Source of the DNA: Caldisphaera sp.
GTDB taxonomy: Archaea; Thermoproteota; Thermoprotei_A; Sulfolobales; Acidilobaceae
Length of the DNA: 64,000 nt
Direction of reading: 5' to 3'
Assembly (NCBI RefSeq): GCF_023256325.1
Contig: NZ_JAGDXI010000006.1
Span: 47,091 to 111,090 of the forward strand
Shown here: piece by piece, positions 40,700 through 51,194 of the stretch
Layout: every line of letters starts with the position of its first letter
How positions within the stretch are numbered: position 1 is the first letter of the stretch
Position numbers and translations under genes: made by a program
Notes under the pieces: generated by a model
Seen by the model: the letters and a program-made list of their open reading frames with translations, nothing else
What the model was told of the DNA's origin: nothing
Database searches by the model: none

Positions 40700-41389
40700 T
40701 TAAGAAACAACTATTGGTATAACCTTTATCCCGAAAGCTGGGTCTATATCAAATGTTATATTGCTTTGCGCTCCAGATTGAAGCCCCTTTAATTTTATTA
40801 TATTCATAACTTTAAGTCTTCTTCCTGCAATGCTAGCCTCCGTTAGTTTTATATAACCATCAGCAGAGTTTTTCATCATTAAGTCTACTTCTTGTTGAAA
40901 TGAATTTGGATGAAAAGTTACTACAACGCTTTTACCTTCATCGGAAATTCTTCTAAAAGTTTCTATAGCTAATCTCACATAATCTGCAGATGCCTCAGCC
41001 AGGTAAGAAAGACTATCAATTATTATAGCTTCTGTCTTAATGATGTCTTTTATTAATATGTTCGCTAATTGCTTAAGCAAAATATTAGCAAAATTTTCAT
41101 TTAGTGACAAACCTACACTCATATTATATATGTATAAGTTTCCTTTCGCAAAATAGTCTAAAAAATCAAAACCAGACTGCGCTGCTTTAGTTATAAAACT
41201 ATAGCTATCCCCTTCACTTGTAAAATAGGTAACCCTAAAACCAGATCTTAAATATGCCTGCGTTAACAATAACGCTATTCCAGTTTTTCCACTTCCATGA
41301 GAACCTTCTATAACTATAAAACTTGGATGTGGAATTCCGCCAGCTAGTCTTTGATCAATTTCTTCGTTACCTGTGCTGAGTATCTGCAC
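40700..41389 (-). CDS. flaH: Archaellum ATP-binding protein FlaH/ArlH
   Basis: STGNEEIDQRLAGGIP, GSHGSGKT, IIIDSLS, FDIDPAFGIKVIP. Confidence 0.93.
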   Translation of the reverse strand: MQILSTGNEEIDQRLAGGIPHPSFIVIEGSHGSGKTGIALLLTQAYLRSGFRVTYFTSEGDSYSFITKAAQSGFDFLDYFAKGNLYIYNMSVGLSLNENFANILLKQLANILIKDIIKTEAIIIDSLSYLAEASADYVRLAIETFRRISDEGKSVVVTFHPNSFQQEVDLMMKNSADGYIKLTEASIAGRRLKVMNIIKLKGLQSGAQSNITFDIDPAFGIKVIPIVVS

Positions 41390-41400
41390 ACTTTTTTCAC

Positions 41401-41892
41401 CTAGTATGTATAGGTTGCTTCAATACCTTTTAGGGGTGATACCACTATTACTAATGGATAGCTTCTATTAGCCTGATTAGGTAAGTTTATCTTTATCTCT
41501 AAAGTTTCTCCAGGTAAAATACCATTATAGTAAATATATGGAGAACTATATGAATTTACAAAAATTTCTATTGGAAACCAAGAAACATTATATTGAAGAA
41601 GTGTTACAACCTGAGTTTTATCAGTTGAATTATATTCAACTATTATGTCAAATTGATTTATATCGTAAATCAAATTGCTTCCTATATTTGTTATATTAAC
41701 TAATAGGGTTTGATTATTGCTTTCAAGAATAGCTCCAGTAATTTTAATCTCATCTTGAACATTAATATTTAGATTTGATGTTGAAATTTTGTATCCCGTT
41801 AAAATAAGAGAGGCTAATGATCCAAGAACTACAACTAATGCAACCGCAGCAATTACCATACCAACGGCAATTTCTATTCCCAAAAATATCAC
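41401..41892 (-). CDS. flaF: Archaellum stator protein FlaF/ArlF
   Basis: N-terminal TM, VNITNIGS, ILPGETL; lies between flaG and flaH. Confidence 0.75.
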   Translation of the reverse strand: MIFLGIEIAVGMVIAAVALVVVLGSLASLILTGYKISTSNLNINVQDEIKITGAILESNNQTLLVNITNIGSNLIYDINQFDIIVEYNSTDKTQVVTLLQYNVSWFPIEIFVNSYSSPYIYYNGILPGETLEIKINLPNQANRSYPLVIVVSPLKGIEATYTY

Positions 41893-42387
41893 CTATGGTG
41901 TTGATTGTACAACATTGCTAAATGTTTGCCCATTTGGTAAAGATATAGAAACTTGAATAGTTTTGCCATAGTTTGCACCTGTATAAACATAGATAATTGC
42001 AGTAGATCCGGGCGTCATATCATTATTATTTCCACCAATTATTTTGTAAATATTCCAATATCCTAAACCACCACTAGGATTATAAGTATAAAAACCCATA
42101 GTAGAGTTTACTGATCCCAAATATATTTGTGTCCTAGAAAAAGATGCTTGAGTTAACGTTTCCATTCCATTGTCTCTCACATATATGACGTATCCATTGA
42201 TAGTTTGATTATAATATCCATATACAATACTTAACGATGTTGATAGTTGTTGGCTTATAGCTTCAGCATTTTGTGAATATGAAGACATAATTTGATATGT
42301 TTTTACTATTACTACTGAGCTTACAGCGCTAACTAATATTATAGTAACTAATAAAAATATTGTGTGGCTAATTGGCACATCGCTCAT
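41893..42387 (-). CDS. flaG: Archaellum stator protein FlaG/ArlG
   Basis: MSDVPISHTIFLLVTIIL N-terminus, YVRDNG, TPGST; cluster position. Confidence 0.78.
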   Translation of the reverse strand: MSDVPISHTIFLLVTIILVSAVSSVVIVKTYQIMSSYSQNAEAISQQLSTSLSIVYGYYNQTINGYVIYVRDNGMETLTQASFSRTQIYLGSVNSTMGFYTYNPSGGLGYWNIYKIIGGNNNDMTPGSTAIIYVYTGANYGKTIQVSISLPNGQTFSNVVQSTP

Positions 42388-43067
42388 TATCTAACCTCTT
42401 CTTGTCTTTTTAATTTATTAATTACAATTTTGCTAAGAGAATCCTTAACAAGCTCATTATTCTCTCCGCTTAATTCATTAAGCATTAAAGCAACTAATGC
42501 TAGTGATTCATTTGGAGTTAAACCCTTATCTCCAGCCATTATCATTACATTTAAAAGTTTCTTAGTAGCATCTGCTTCTTGTTGTGTTAAGTAACCTAAA
42601 GATTTCATTGCATCTATGGCTTGCTCAAAAAACTCTTTAGGAAGCATATATAAATCTGAAACCAAGGAAAGAAGTTTAAAAACGTTCGTAGTTTCGACTT
42701 TTTCTCTTCTCTCTTCTTCTCTTTTTATTATTTCTTTTCTAATAATTTCTTCTGGCTGTTTTTCTGTCTGTATCTTTTTAATTGACTCCTTTAATTCAAT
42801 TTCTTCATTTGGGGATTGTAAGTTTTTAGATGTTTGCTGCATAGTCTCACTATTTGCTACTTGTTGCGATCTTGATTGATTATTACTTTGTGGTTGAATA
42901 TTACTTTGTTGGGCTTGTGATTGTAAACTTACTCTGAGCAAAGGATTAGTTAGATCATTTATTATAGCTCTTAATTGGGAGGTAGCATCTCTTAACGCTT
43001 CAGCTATTTCCTTAACAGAATCATCTTGTTTTTTCTCAATAGGAGGTGTTTGAGGAGGTTGACTCAA
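42387..43067 (-). CDS. Archaellum accessory protein (FlaX position; coiled coil plus FlaD/E-like C-terminal domain)
   Basis: Coiled coil, Gln-rich linker, helical C-terminal domain. Probable TTG start at 43067 overlaps the upstream TGA (TTGA) and follows GAGGTG. Confidence 0.65.
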   Translation of the reverse strand: MSQPPQTPPIEKKQDDSVKEIAEALRDATSQLRAIINDLTNPLLRVSLQSQAQQSNIQPQSNNQSRSQQVANSETMQQTSKNLQSPNEEIELKESIKKIQTEKQPEEIIRKEIIKREEERREKVETTNVFKLLSLVSDLYMLPKEFFEQAIDAMKSLGYLTQQEADATKKLLNVMIMAGDKGLTPNESLALVALMLNELSGENNELVKDSLSKIVINKLKRQEEVR

Positions 43068-43420
43068 TTGCTCACACCTCCCAATAATTTTATGTTTATT
43101 TGATAGCTTATATAATATAAATCCTGATAATATTTTTTTGTTAATCTTAGCCAGGTCTTTTTCCTGAAAGGGATTGAACAACCTCCCTTAATTCTATATC
43201 CAATAATTGCTGGTATAGGAATGTTTATTGATGATAATACAATTAGAGCCAATCCCAAAATAAAATATAACATGCTATATGGTTTCATCAATATAAATAG
43301 TATTCCTAAAATTTCTATTAAAAGAAACATAGATGTTAACAGATAAGACTCGATCTTTATTTTTCTGGCCGTTTTATTGTTCCCGCTTACATATAAATAA
43401 GTTTTTGGCAATACAATCAC
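43064..43420 (-). CDS. Small two-TM hypothetical protein in the archaellum cluster
   Basis: Two hydrophobic helices; stop codon overlaps the next gene's start. Confidence 0.6.
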   Translation of the reverse strand: MIVLPKTYLYVSGNNKTARKIKIESYLLTSMFLLIEILGILFILMKPYSMLYFILGLALIVLSSINIPIPAIIGYRIKGGCSIPFRKKTWLRLTKKYYQDLYYISYQINIKLLGGVSN

Positions 43421-43590
43421 CTTAATTATATTTGTATTTAATTGAACTTTTATTTAATTTCATATAGTTTCCCCTGAGCTATATATCATTTTGATTACAA
43501 AAATACAAATAAATTTTCCTTTTTGTGGGCTCTTTTATTTATGAGTATACCTTAACCCCTGTAATACCTAGGTAGAGTAAAAATAAAAAT

Positions 43591-44052
43591 GTGATTTATA
43601 TGAGAAGACCGAAATTGCCCAAAATAAAGGTACCGGAAGAAAATGGGAAAAGTGCTATAATAATGTTAATTGCAATATTCGTGTTAGTTATTATTATTGT
43701 AATTAATGTTCCAAAAATTATGTATATTATAGGTACAACGCAATTTCAGCTTACTAACGAAAGTATAAGCGTAGTGCAATGTTTCTCATTTCAGAACCAA
43801 AATGGTCTCATAACAATCGTGGCATATGTGCAAAATATAGGAAAATCAAATGCCGTAATTACATCAGCTTATCTCTATGATCAAAATGGGCTAGAAGATG
43901 CTAGCAATACCAGCTTATCAGTAAAGATTCCTCCAGGAAAAGCGTTACCAATATATATACAAACATTTGCCTTAACGCCTGGCAATCTATATAAGGTTTC
44001 TGTATATACTGAAGTTGGTACTTATTCTTCATGTGAACTAACATACCAGTAA
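43591..44052 (+). CDS. Single-TM protein with extracellular beta-rich (pilin/FlaF-G-like) domain
   Basis: Basic N-terminus, TM helix, YVQNIG..VITSAY..IPPG beta-sandwich pattern. Confidence 0.6.
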   Translation: MIYMRRPKLPKIKVPEENGKSAIIMLIAIFVLVIIIVINVPKIMYIIGTTQFQLTNESISVVQCFSFQNQNGLITIVAYVQNIGKSNAVITSAYLYDQNGLEDASNTSLSVKIPPGKALPIYIQTFALTPGNLYKVSVYTEVGTYSSCELTYQ

Positions 44053-44092
44053 ATTTTAAAAATAAAAATAGTGAAATATAATAAAACCATTT

Positions 44093-44125
44093 TAATATAA
44101 AAATAATATAAAAATAATATAAAAA
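44093..44125. repeat. Three perfect tandem copies of TAATATAAAAA between convergent genes; probable T-tract terminator for flaB on the minus strand
   Basis: Read directly from the sequence; lies just downstream of the flaB stop. Confidence 0.6.
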
Positions 44126-44138
44126 TAAAATATGAAGT

Positions 44139-44780
44139 TTATCCTAAATCTATTGTGGTGTTTTCTGGTGTGTCAGGAGGTATAATTCTTGATACTGTTA
44201 ATGCTCCACCTACACTTGGTTTTATTGTTACTGTAAAGCTATTATATGCAGTTAAGGATTTACCGTTAGGTAAGCTTATTACTAATAGAGCTTGTCCATA
44301 GGGTCCTAAAACTGTTGGAGTTACGTTACCTGTTAAGAAATAGGCTTTTGCTATAGGACCATTTGAACTATTATTATGTAAGCTATACAAGCTAGTTGAT
44401 GCTGAAATTGATTTTTTGCTAACACCGATATATATATTTGGATATGACCCATATTGATCAGAAAATGATACTACAAAAGTAGCTGTATCAAATGAAACGT
44501 AACCTGTACCCGGTGTCACACCTAAAGGTATAGCCAATTCGTCAACCCCAGTTCCTGTTGAATTTGTTAGTCCTAGTATTTCTCCATTGACTTCTAATGC
44601 TGTGGAAGCTTGTTGTAATCCGTTAACCATTGTCTGCTTTGCCTTTGTTGCTGATGTCATACCCATATCTAATACAACAAATGCAACCGCAGCAGCCACC
44701 AATACAAAGGCAATTAGAATTATAGCAGTATCAATACCAACCATACCTTTCTTTTTTCTATTTAAAACCATATAGGCCAC
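44139..44780 (-). CDS. flaB: Archaellin FlaB/ArlB
   Basis: Class III signal peptide RKKKG|MVGIDTAIILIAFVLVAA. Confidence 0.95.
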   Translation of the reverse strand: MAYMVLNRKKKGMVGIDTAIILIAFVLVAAAVAFVVLDMGMTSATKAKQTMVNGLQQASTALEVNGEILGLTNSTGTGVDELAIPLGVTPGTGYVSFDTATFVVSFSDQYGSYPNIYIGVSKKSISASTSLYSLHNNSSNGPIAKAYFLTGNVTPTVLGPYGQALLVISLPNGKSLTAYNSFTVTIKPSVGGALTVSRIIPPDTPENTTIDLG

Positions 44781-45057
44781 CTTGCCTATTTATCTTTATA
44801 TACTTAACATTAATAACGATTTAGTTCATATCAAATAACTAAAATAAAGATGTATACCTGAATTAAGTATTACAACTAAATTAATATGGTATTATTAATA
44901 GATTTAATTTTTAGTTTTACTCAAGTTAAAGCTTTATTTCTATACAATTATTTAATTTCTAAAATTAATTAATTACTCTTCACGAACAAAAAGAATGATT
45001 ACTTTAATTATATTAGAAATTATAATGCTTTAGATAAGTACAATTTAAAAAACTGAT

Positions 45058-46077
45058 TTATATTTTGCTTATTATTTTTTCAATTAAGTCATAAAATTTA
45101 AGCCCATTACCTGTAAGCATTGCTACATATTTGTTTATATCATAATTCAATTCGTTAAGTTTAATTAGTGCTATATAAGATACAGCTGATGTAGGCTCTA
45201 CCATATAACCTAAATTCCATAGTTTTTTTAAACCAAGTTTAATTTCCTCATCGTCTATAACTAATAGCCCACCATTACTTTCTTTAATGACGCTTAATGC
45301 ATCATAAACCCTTGGTGCTTTTTTTAATGCGAGTCCATCAGCTAACTTCGATTCTTTTCCTTTAGATTCATATATAGGTTCGATAAATTCCCTTAAAGAA
45401 GCTGTTTCTTTTCCTTGAACTGCAAACATTTTAGCATTTATTCCGATTTCTTTTAATCCATAATATGTTCCTAAAAATAATGAAAAACTGGAAGTTGGAA
45501 CTACAATACCTCTGGGATTAATATGTTTAATTTCTTCAGCAATACTTTTCATACCTTCAATGAAGAAAGGATTTCTAGCATGAGATACATAAAAACATTC
45601 CTTTGATAATTCTTCAGCAATATTTGAGGCTTCGTCTCTTGTTTCTGATTCTATAACTTCAGCTCCCAAAGATCTTAGAATTGATTTTTTTCCAGGAGGT
45701 GCATATTTTGGTATAACTATTTTGCTTTTAATTCCTAGCCTTGATGAAAAAGCTGCTGTAGATATACCAGTATTTCCGCTTGAGTCTTCTACAGAGCACT
45801 TGTATTTTAATTGAGAAGCAAGTTGTAAGCTATATGATACCCCTCTATCCTTAAAGCTACCAGTAGGATTTAGATACTCAAGCTTAAAATAAACATCATT
45901 TTTATTAATACTTTCCTTAACAATAGGTGTATTTCCTTCTCCAAGTATTGATCTAAATTTTGGTGGTATACCTTTTATATAAAGTGATGATTTACAAACA
46001 GGGCAGTAAGGATAATATTTATTTTCTTCTCCTTCAAACCCACATTTTTTACAAAATAAACTCCACATTTTCTCCAC
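45058..46077 (-). CDS. PLP-dependent fold-type II enzyme (threonine synthase-like)
   Basis: N-terminal CxxC..CxxC, GEGNTP, KLEYLNPTGSFKDRG, DSSGN, EPTSA, LTGNGLK. Confidence 0.85.
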   Translation of the reverse strand: MEKMWSLFCKKCGFEGEENKYYPYCPVCKSSLYIKGIPPKFRSILGEGNTPIVKESINKNDVYFKLEYLNPTGSFKDRGVSYSLQLASQLKYKCSVEDSSGNTGISTAAFSSRLGIKSKIVIPKYAPPGKKSILRSLGAEVIESETRDEASNIAEELSKECFYVSHARNPFFIEGMKSIAEEIKHINPRGIVVPTSSFSLFLGTYYGLKEIGINAKMFAVQGKETASLREFIEPIYESKGKESKLADGLALKKAPRVYDALSVIKESNGGLLVIDDEEIKLGLKKLWNLGYMVEPTSAVSYIALIKLNELNYDINKYVAMLTGNGLKFYDLIEKIISKI

Positions 46078-46147
46078 AATTAATATTGAAAAATAAACAC
46101 TTAAAATTTTTACTTTATAAAAAGATAGTATGTAAGATGGTGAAAGT

Positions 46148-47305
46148 ATGGTTAAATATTACACAGATGAAATTTTGCTAACTCCAGGTCCCACTCAAGT
46201 TCCTTTAGATATCTATCAAAGTATGATTACCAAGGCTAAAAATACCGATTTAGATGAAGAATTCATAGTTTTCTACAATAACTTAAGAAACAAACTAAAG
46301 AATTTAATAAATATGAAAAAGGGTGATGTTTATATAATGTTAGGTGAAGCAATGATAGGTTTGGAAACAGCTATATCAAATACAATAAACCAAGGAGACA
46401 AGGTTTTAATTATAGATAATGGTGTTTACGGCGATGGATTCAAAGATTTAGTTAAAATGTACAAAGGTATTCCATTAACGATGGGTTTAGATTGGAGAAA
46501 AAGTGCTGACCCGAATGAGATAGATAGAGCATTAGAAAAAAATAAAGACATCGATACTGTTACCTTAGTGCATTGCGATACACCATCAGGTATTTTGAAC
46601 GATTTAAATCAAATATCTAAAGTTGTTAAATCTCATGGAGCATTACTTATCGTTGATGCTGTATCTAGTTTAGCAACATCAGAAATAAAATTTGATAATA
46701 TAGATATTATGATTGGTGGGTCTCAAAAGGCATTAAATGTACCTGCTGGGTTAACAATAGTTGCATTAAGTGATTATGCATGGGAAAAGATTAAAAAGGT
46801 AAACTACCAAGGGTACTATATGAATTTAACTTTATGGAAGGAAATGTTTGATTACAAAGATACGTTTCCTTACACTATGAATGATACTTTGATTTATGCT
46901 TTAGATACTTCATTGAATAATTTATTTAAAGAAGGTTTAGAAAACGTTTACGAAAGGCATAAGTTAGCAAAAAAAGCATCCTTAAAAGCATTAGAATCTC
47001 TGAACCTAGAATTATATCCCGAAAATGAATATTATTCTTCACCAAGTGTTACAGCTTTTTTATTACCTAAAGGCATTAATGATAAAGATTTAAGAGAATT
47101 AACAAGGAAGAAATATGGTGTTATGATAGCAGGTAGTTGGGGTAAGCTTGAAGGGAAAGTTGCAAGAATTGGACATATGGGATATCAAGCATCTCTAAAT
47201 AACTTATTGATAGCTTACTCGGCTTTATCAAGATCTCTAAATGATTTAGGATATAAAAATTCAATAACTGATGTACTAGGGGCTATAGAAGAATCCTATC
47301 CCTAA
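46148..47305 (+). CDS. Class V aminotransferase (serine-pyruvate/alanine-glyoxylate type)
   Basis: LLTPGP, VHCDTPSG, VDAVSS, GSQKAL, RIGHMG. Confidence 0.9.
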   Translation: MVKYYTDEILLTPGPTQVPLDIYQSMITKAKNTDLDEEFIVFYNNLRNKLKNLINMKKGDVYIMLGEAMIGLETAISNTINQGDKVLIIDNGVYGDGFKDLVKMYKGIPLTMGLDWRKSADPNEIDRALEKNKDIDTVTLVHCDTPSGILNDLNQISKVVKSHGALLIVDAVSSLATSEIKFDNIDIMIGGSQKALNVPAGLTIVALSDYAWEKIKKVNYQGYYMNLTLWKEMFDYKDTFPYTMNDTLIYALDTSLNNLFKEGLENVYERHKLAKKASLKALESLNLELYPENEYYSSPSVTAFLLPKGINDKDLRELTRKKYGVMIAGSWGKLEGKVARIGHMGYQASLNNLLIAYSALSRSLNDLGYKNSITDVLGAIEESYP

Positions 47306-47369
47306 ATTTTATTGAACGTTCAGCAGAGCTAATATTATTAATTCAATTCAATTTATTTGGTGAAAATTT

Positions 47370-48584
47370 GTGAATGAAATAAACAGAATTGATTATGGAC
47401 CTTTAAATAAGTATCAATGGCTAATAATAATTTCCTCATCTTTCAGTATGTTAATTTATGGTCTAGTTTTAGCTTTACCTTCAATTTCAACTACGTGGAG
47501 CTTTGTACCTCAAAATTATTACGTATACATATTTCTTTCAATTCCAATAGGGACAATTATAGGAAACATGGTTATAGGTAGGCTAGCGGATACTAAAGGA
47601 AGAAAAAATATGTTTATATTAACATTATTATTGTATGGATTAGGTTCTTTAATAGTTTTAGTATCAAATAATTTTTTGGTTTTGATTTTAGGCTTGCTTA
47701 TTTCTCAAATAGGTCTTGGAGGAGAAATGCCTACGCTTTTAACTTATCTATCAGAAATGATTCCAATAAAATATAGAGAAATTGTATTAATATTTACAAC
47801 TAACATTGCAAATGTAGGTGTGTTAATAGGCGGTATCATTTCATTAAAGGCAGGTCTTCTTTCAATAGAACAAGAAAGATTTTATTATTTGATATCTTTA
47901 ATAGCATCAATATCATTAATGCTAGTATTTAGGTTAATGATACCCGAGTCATTGAGATGGGAGATTAAGAAGAAAAAAGAAATTGGAAAAAGGGTTAAAA
48001 TTGAACAGCTATGGTTTAAAATTTACTTTTTAACTTCTTTGATAATTGCAACAGCATTAACTTATGCTTTATTAGCATTAACTATAGGTCCTTACTTATT
48101 TCCTAAATTGACTTCAATTTTATTAGTTATTTATAATTTAGGGGAAAGTATTGGTGGTTTCATTTCATTAGGCATTATTAAAAGAATTGGCACGAAATTT
48201 TTTGCTGTTTTTTCTTATATGGGAGGTTTCATAATTATGATATTTGTCGTTATTGATTATATTTTTGCAAAAAATGTATTACAATTATTTTTGGCCCTGT
48301 TATTTATAAATGGATTATTTGGAGAATTTGCATGGGCTGCAAGAGTCTCATTAGAACCAGTTATATTTCCAACAAACTTTAGATCAACGGGAATAGCTAT
48401 TTCAAGACTTTTGCCATATATTTTATACGCGGCCTCTATTTTTTATGCAGCTTCTTTTGATGTAATGCAATATTTAATATATAATATCATATTATGGGGA
48501 ATTGGCGGCTTAGCATCTATATTATGGTATGTTTATGGGGTTGAAACAATTAATAAAAAACTTGAGGACATCAATAATGAATAA
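47370..48584 (+). CDS. MFS transporter (paralog of 1284..2462)
   Basis: GRLADTKGRK, IPESLRW, about 12 TM segments. Confidence 0.88.
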   Translation: MNEINRIDYGPLNKYQWLIIISSSFSMLIYGLVLALPSISTTWSFVPQNYYVYIFLSIPIGTIIGNMVIGRLADTKGRKNMFILTLLLYGLGSLIVLVSNNFLVLILGLLISQIGLGGEMPTLLTYLSEMIPIKYREIVLIFTTNIANVGVLIGGIISLKAGLLSIEQERFYYLISLIASISLMLVFRLMIPESLRWEIKKKKEIGKRVKIEQLWFKIYFLTSLIIATALTYALLALTIGPYLFPKLTSILLVIYNLGESIGGFISLGIIKRIGTKFFAVFSYMGGFIIMIFVVIDYIFAKNVLQLFLALLFINGLFGEFAWAARVSLEPVIFPTNFRSTGIAISRLLPYILYAASIFYAASFDVMQYLIYNIILWGIGGLASILWYVYGVETINKKLEDINNE

Positions 48585-48593
48585 TTTTAAATC

Positions 48594-49625
48594 TTATTGA
48601 ATTAAAATATTAAAGAGATCATCATATATTTTCTTTGCAGTATTTATATCATCGATTCCTTCTACCATGCCTAAGCCATTATTCATGAGAACCATTTGAA
48701 TAGTATCTTTTTGTACTCTTAAACTATATTTGTTTATAGATATTACATTAAATTTTTCTTTAATTTTATTAATTTTTTTACTAAAATCAAAATTAACAAA
48801 TTTTTCTGGCCTTATTTCTACAGCATGCGTCCCGCAAATCTTTACTACACCTCTTAACGTTTTTTTCTCTAAAAATTCATAGTGATGTAAACCGCATGTA
48901 GTACACTTCTCATTTTTAGTTATTTTTATCTTTTCTATGCTCACATCTCTTCCATCTATTACAAATAAAACACCATAGGGCACTTCATTACCTGCTAAGT
49001 ATCTTATAGCTAAATTAGAAGATATGGAAGAAACTAATGAAGTCATAGTTCCAATAGAAGGTATAATATCGCAACTCTCATTTTGATTGCTAATTTCAGG
49101 TATAAGGCATCTAAGGCAAGGCCCTTGATTCGGTTTTATGAACATAACATTACCATACCACGAATTAACGCCTGCGTAAATCCAGGGTATGTTGTGTTTA
49201 ACTGAAACATCATTAATTAAAAATCTAGCCTCTAAGTTATCTGTTCCATCAAGAATTAAATCGACATCTTCTAAAAACTTTTCGGCGTTTAAAGAATCAA
49301 ATTCATCTATAGCACTTTCTACTTTGATACTTTGATCTATTTCTTTAATCCACTTTTCACAGGCAATAGCCTTAGGCAATGATTCCAAAGCATCTTTTTC
49401 TGTAATCATATGAGTCCTATGTAAATTACTTAAATCTATATAATCTCTATCTATAATTTTGATTTTTTTAATTCCTGCCCTTGCTAAAATTTCTGCCTGG
49501 GTTGAACCCAAGGCACCACAGCCTACAATAGCTATTTTGGAATTCATAATTTTTTCCATACCTTCATATCCTATATCTTGCATTAATAATTGTCTAGAGA
49601 ACCTTGCTAAATCATTTTTATTCAA
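48594..49625 (-). CDS. ThiF/MoeB-family (E1-like) adenylyltransferase
   Basis: RFSRQ, VGCGALG, DRD..DLSNLHR, DGTDN, CLRC and CTTC Zn pairs. Confidence 0.92.
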   Translation of the reverse strand: MNKNDLARFSRQLLMQDIGYEGMEKIMNSKIAIVGCGALGSTQAEILARAGIKKIKIIDRDYIDLSNLHRTHMITEKDALESLPKAIACEKWIKEIDQSIKVESAIDEFDSLNAEKFLEDVDLILDGTDNLEARFLINDVSVKHNIPWIYAGVNSWYGNVMFIKPNQGPCLRCLIPEISNQNESCDIIPSIGTMTSLVSSISSNLAIRYLAGNEVPYGVLFVIDGRDVSIEKIKITKNEKCTTCGLHHYEFLEKKTLRGVVKICGTHAVEIRPEKFVNFDFSKKINKIKEKFNVISINKYSLRVQKDTIQMVLMNNGLGMVEGIDDINTAKKIYDDLFNILIQ

Positions 49626-49666
49626 TTATTACCACCAAGATCATATTATACATAAAACCTAAATTT

Positions 49667-51178
49667 TTATCTGCTGTAAATCTTTAATATATCTCTTCTA
49701 TATAATGGGAACACTAGCTTACCATCCTTATCAATTATAGCTATTACATAGAGGTCCTTATCTTTTATTCTTCTTACAGCTTCACCTATAGTATTATTAT
49801 ATAATAATACTTCAACTTGTTTTAAATAGGTTTCACATATCATCGTGTTCTCGTAATTGTTAGGATCTACATCTATGAGACTTCTTATAGAAAAAACTCC
49901 AATTGGAACCATATCACGGTTAACAACAACAATTTCATTTATATCTTTTTTTGAAAATATTTTTGCAGCATCAGATAATGTAGAATCGCAATGCAATATG
50001 TCATAGTCATCAACTTTAATAGTTGATAATGGCATTGAAAGCTTAATATTTTCAATTTTTTCTCCAGGTAACTTCCATTTTCTTAAAACAAATGGGAATA
50101 TTATTGCAACTATAGCTATTGTTAAAACCGAAAAAGAATATTGATATCCGGTTATGTAATTGCTCAGTAATGAAATAAGCAACAATGATGTATCAACGCC
50201 GCCCTTGGCCGTTTGGGCCCACGAATTGAGCCATTTGTTTTGAAATTTTATTATATCGGAAGAAAGATACCCAGAAAAAAGCTTAGATGCTAGAACAATT
50301 CCAACAAGTATTAATGACATTATAACTATGTTAGCTGTTATCTTAACAACTTCTAGTCCAATATCAGCAAAAAATATTGGTTCGAAAAAACCATAAGTTA
50401 ATCCTCGAACTCTTTCTAAAATTTCTTGTCTGTCTTCGAAGTAATCTCTAAACAAATATCCTAGAAAAAGAGCTGAAATAGCGGCATTGAAGCCATAATA
50501 GTCTGAGAAATAACCTACGATTAAAATTATTGATATTATTAATGCCAATTCAATTTCTCTTGCTTTTAATAAGTACAATATTTTTGAAAATATTTTCGAA
50601 TATATTTGCCCTAGAGCAAAAATAGCTATTATTACCAAAGAAGTTCCGATGAAAGCTTCTAATATCCTTGTTTTTTGACTAAATCCTACAAATAAAATAA
50701 TAAATATAATTTCAGTTATCACAGCTTGATAAAAGAGTGTAGTTCCCGTTTTTGTTTTTGAAATATTCATATCAGAAAGTGCTCTTGCAAGAGGACCAGT
50801 GCTTGTCATAGCTAATGGTACAGCTAATATTAAAGCATTCTCAGTGTTTATTAGTTTAAAAAATAACAAAATAAAAGTAATGGGAATCAATACTTGTATT
50901 AAAGACGCAACAAATAATTTTATGTTTGGCCTTTCATTTAAATTAAACTCCTCAGCTCCAGCAAGAAATAAAATAAAAGTTATGCCTAGTTGAGATAAGA
51001 AATTTATTGATTGATTTGGAACTATAAAATTTAATACTGCTGGCCCCAATATAATACCAGAAACAATTATACTAACAAATGCTGGAATGTAGAATTTTTT
51101 TAGGCTCTCTTCTAGTACTTTAGCAATTAATATTATAACACCAACGTAGAGAAACGATATAATTGTGGAATTAATCAT
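49667..51178 (-). CDS. CPA2-family cation:proton antiporter with C-terminal CBS pair
   Basis: GIILGP, LFLAG, PIFF..IG; C-terminal CBS-like domain. Confidence 0.85.
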   Translation of the reverse strand: MINSTIISFLYVGVIILIAKVLEESLKKFYIPAFVSIIVSGIILGPAVLNFIVPNQSINFLSQLGITFILFLAGAEEFNLNERPNIKLFVASLIQVLIPITFILLFFKLINTENALILAVPLAMTSTGPLARALSDMNISKTKTGTTLFYQAVITEIIFIILFVGFSQKTRILEAFIGTSLVIIAIFALGQIYSKIFSKILYLLKAREIELALIISIILIVGYFSDYYGFNAAISALFLGYLFRDYFEDRQEILERVRGLTYGFFEPIFFADIGLEVVKITANIVIMSLILVGIVLASKLFSGYLSSDIIKFQNKWLNSWAQTAKGGVDTSLLLISLLSNYITGYQYSFSVLTIAIVAIIFPFVLRKWKLPGEKIENIKLSMPLSTIKVDDYDILHCDSTLSDAAKIFSKKDINEIVVVNRDMVPIGVFSIRSLIDVDPNNYENTMICETYLKQVEVLLYNNTIGEAVRRIKDKDLYVIAIIDKDGKLVFPLYRRDILKIYSR

Positions 51179-51194
51179 TAATAGTTTTATCCTC

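Noticed and set aside
43068..43181. Longer start for the FlaX-position gene
   Set aside because: It overlaps the upstream gene by more than 100 nt; TTG 43067 with an RBS and TTGA coupling is more plausible.
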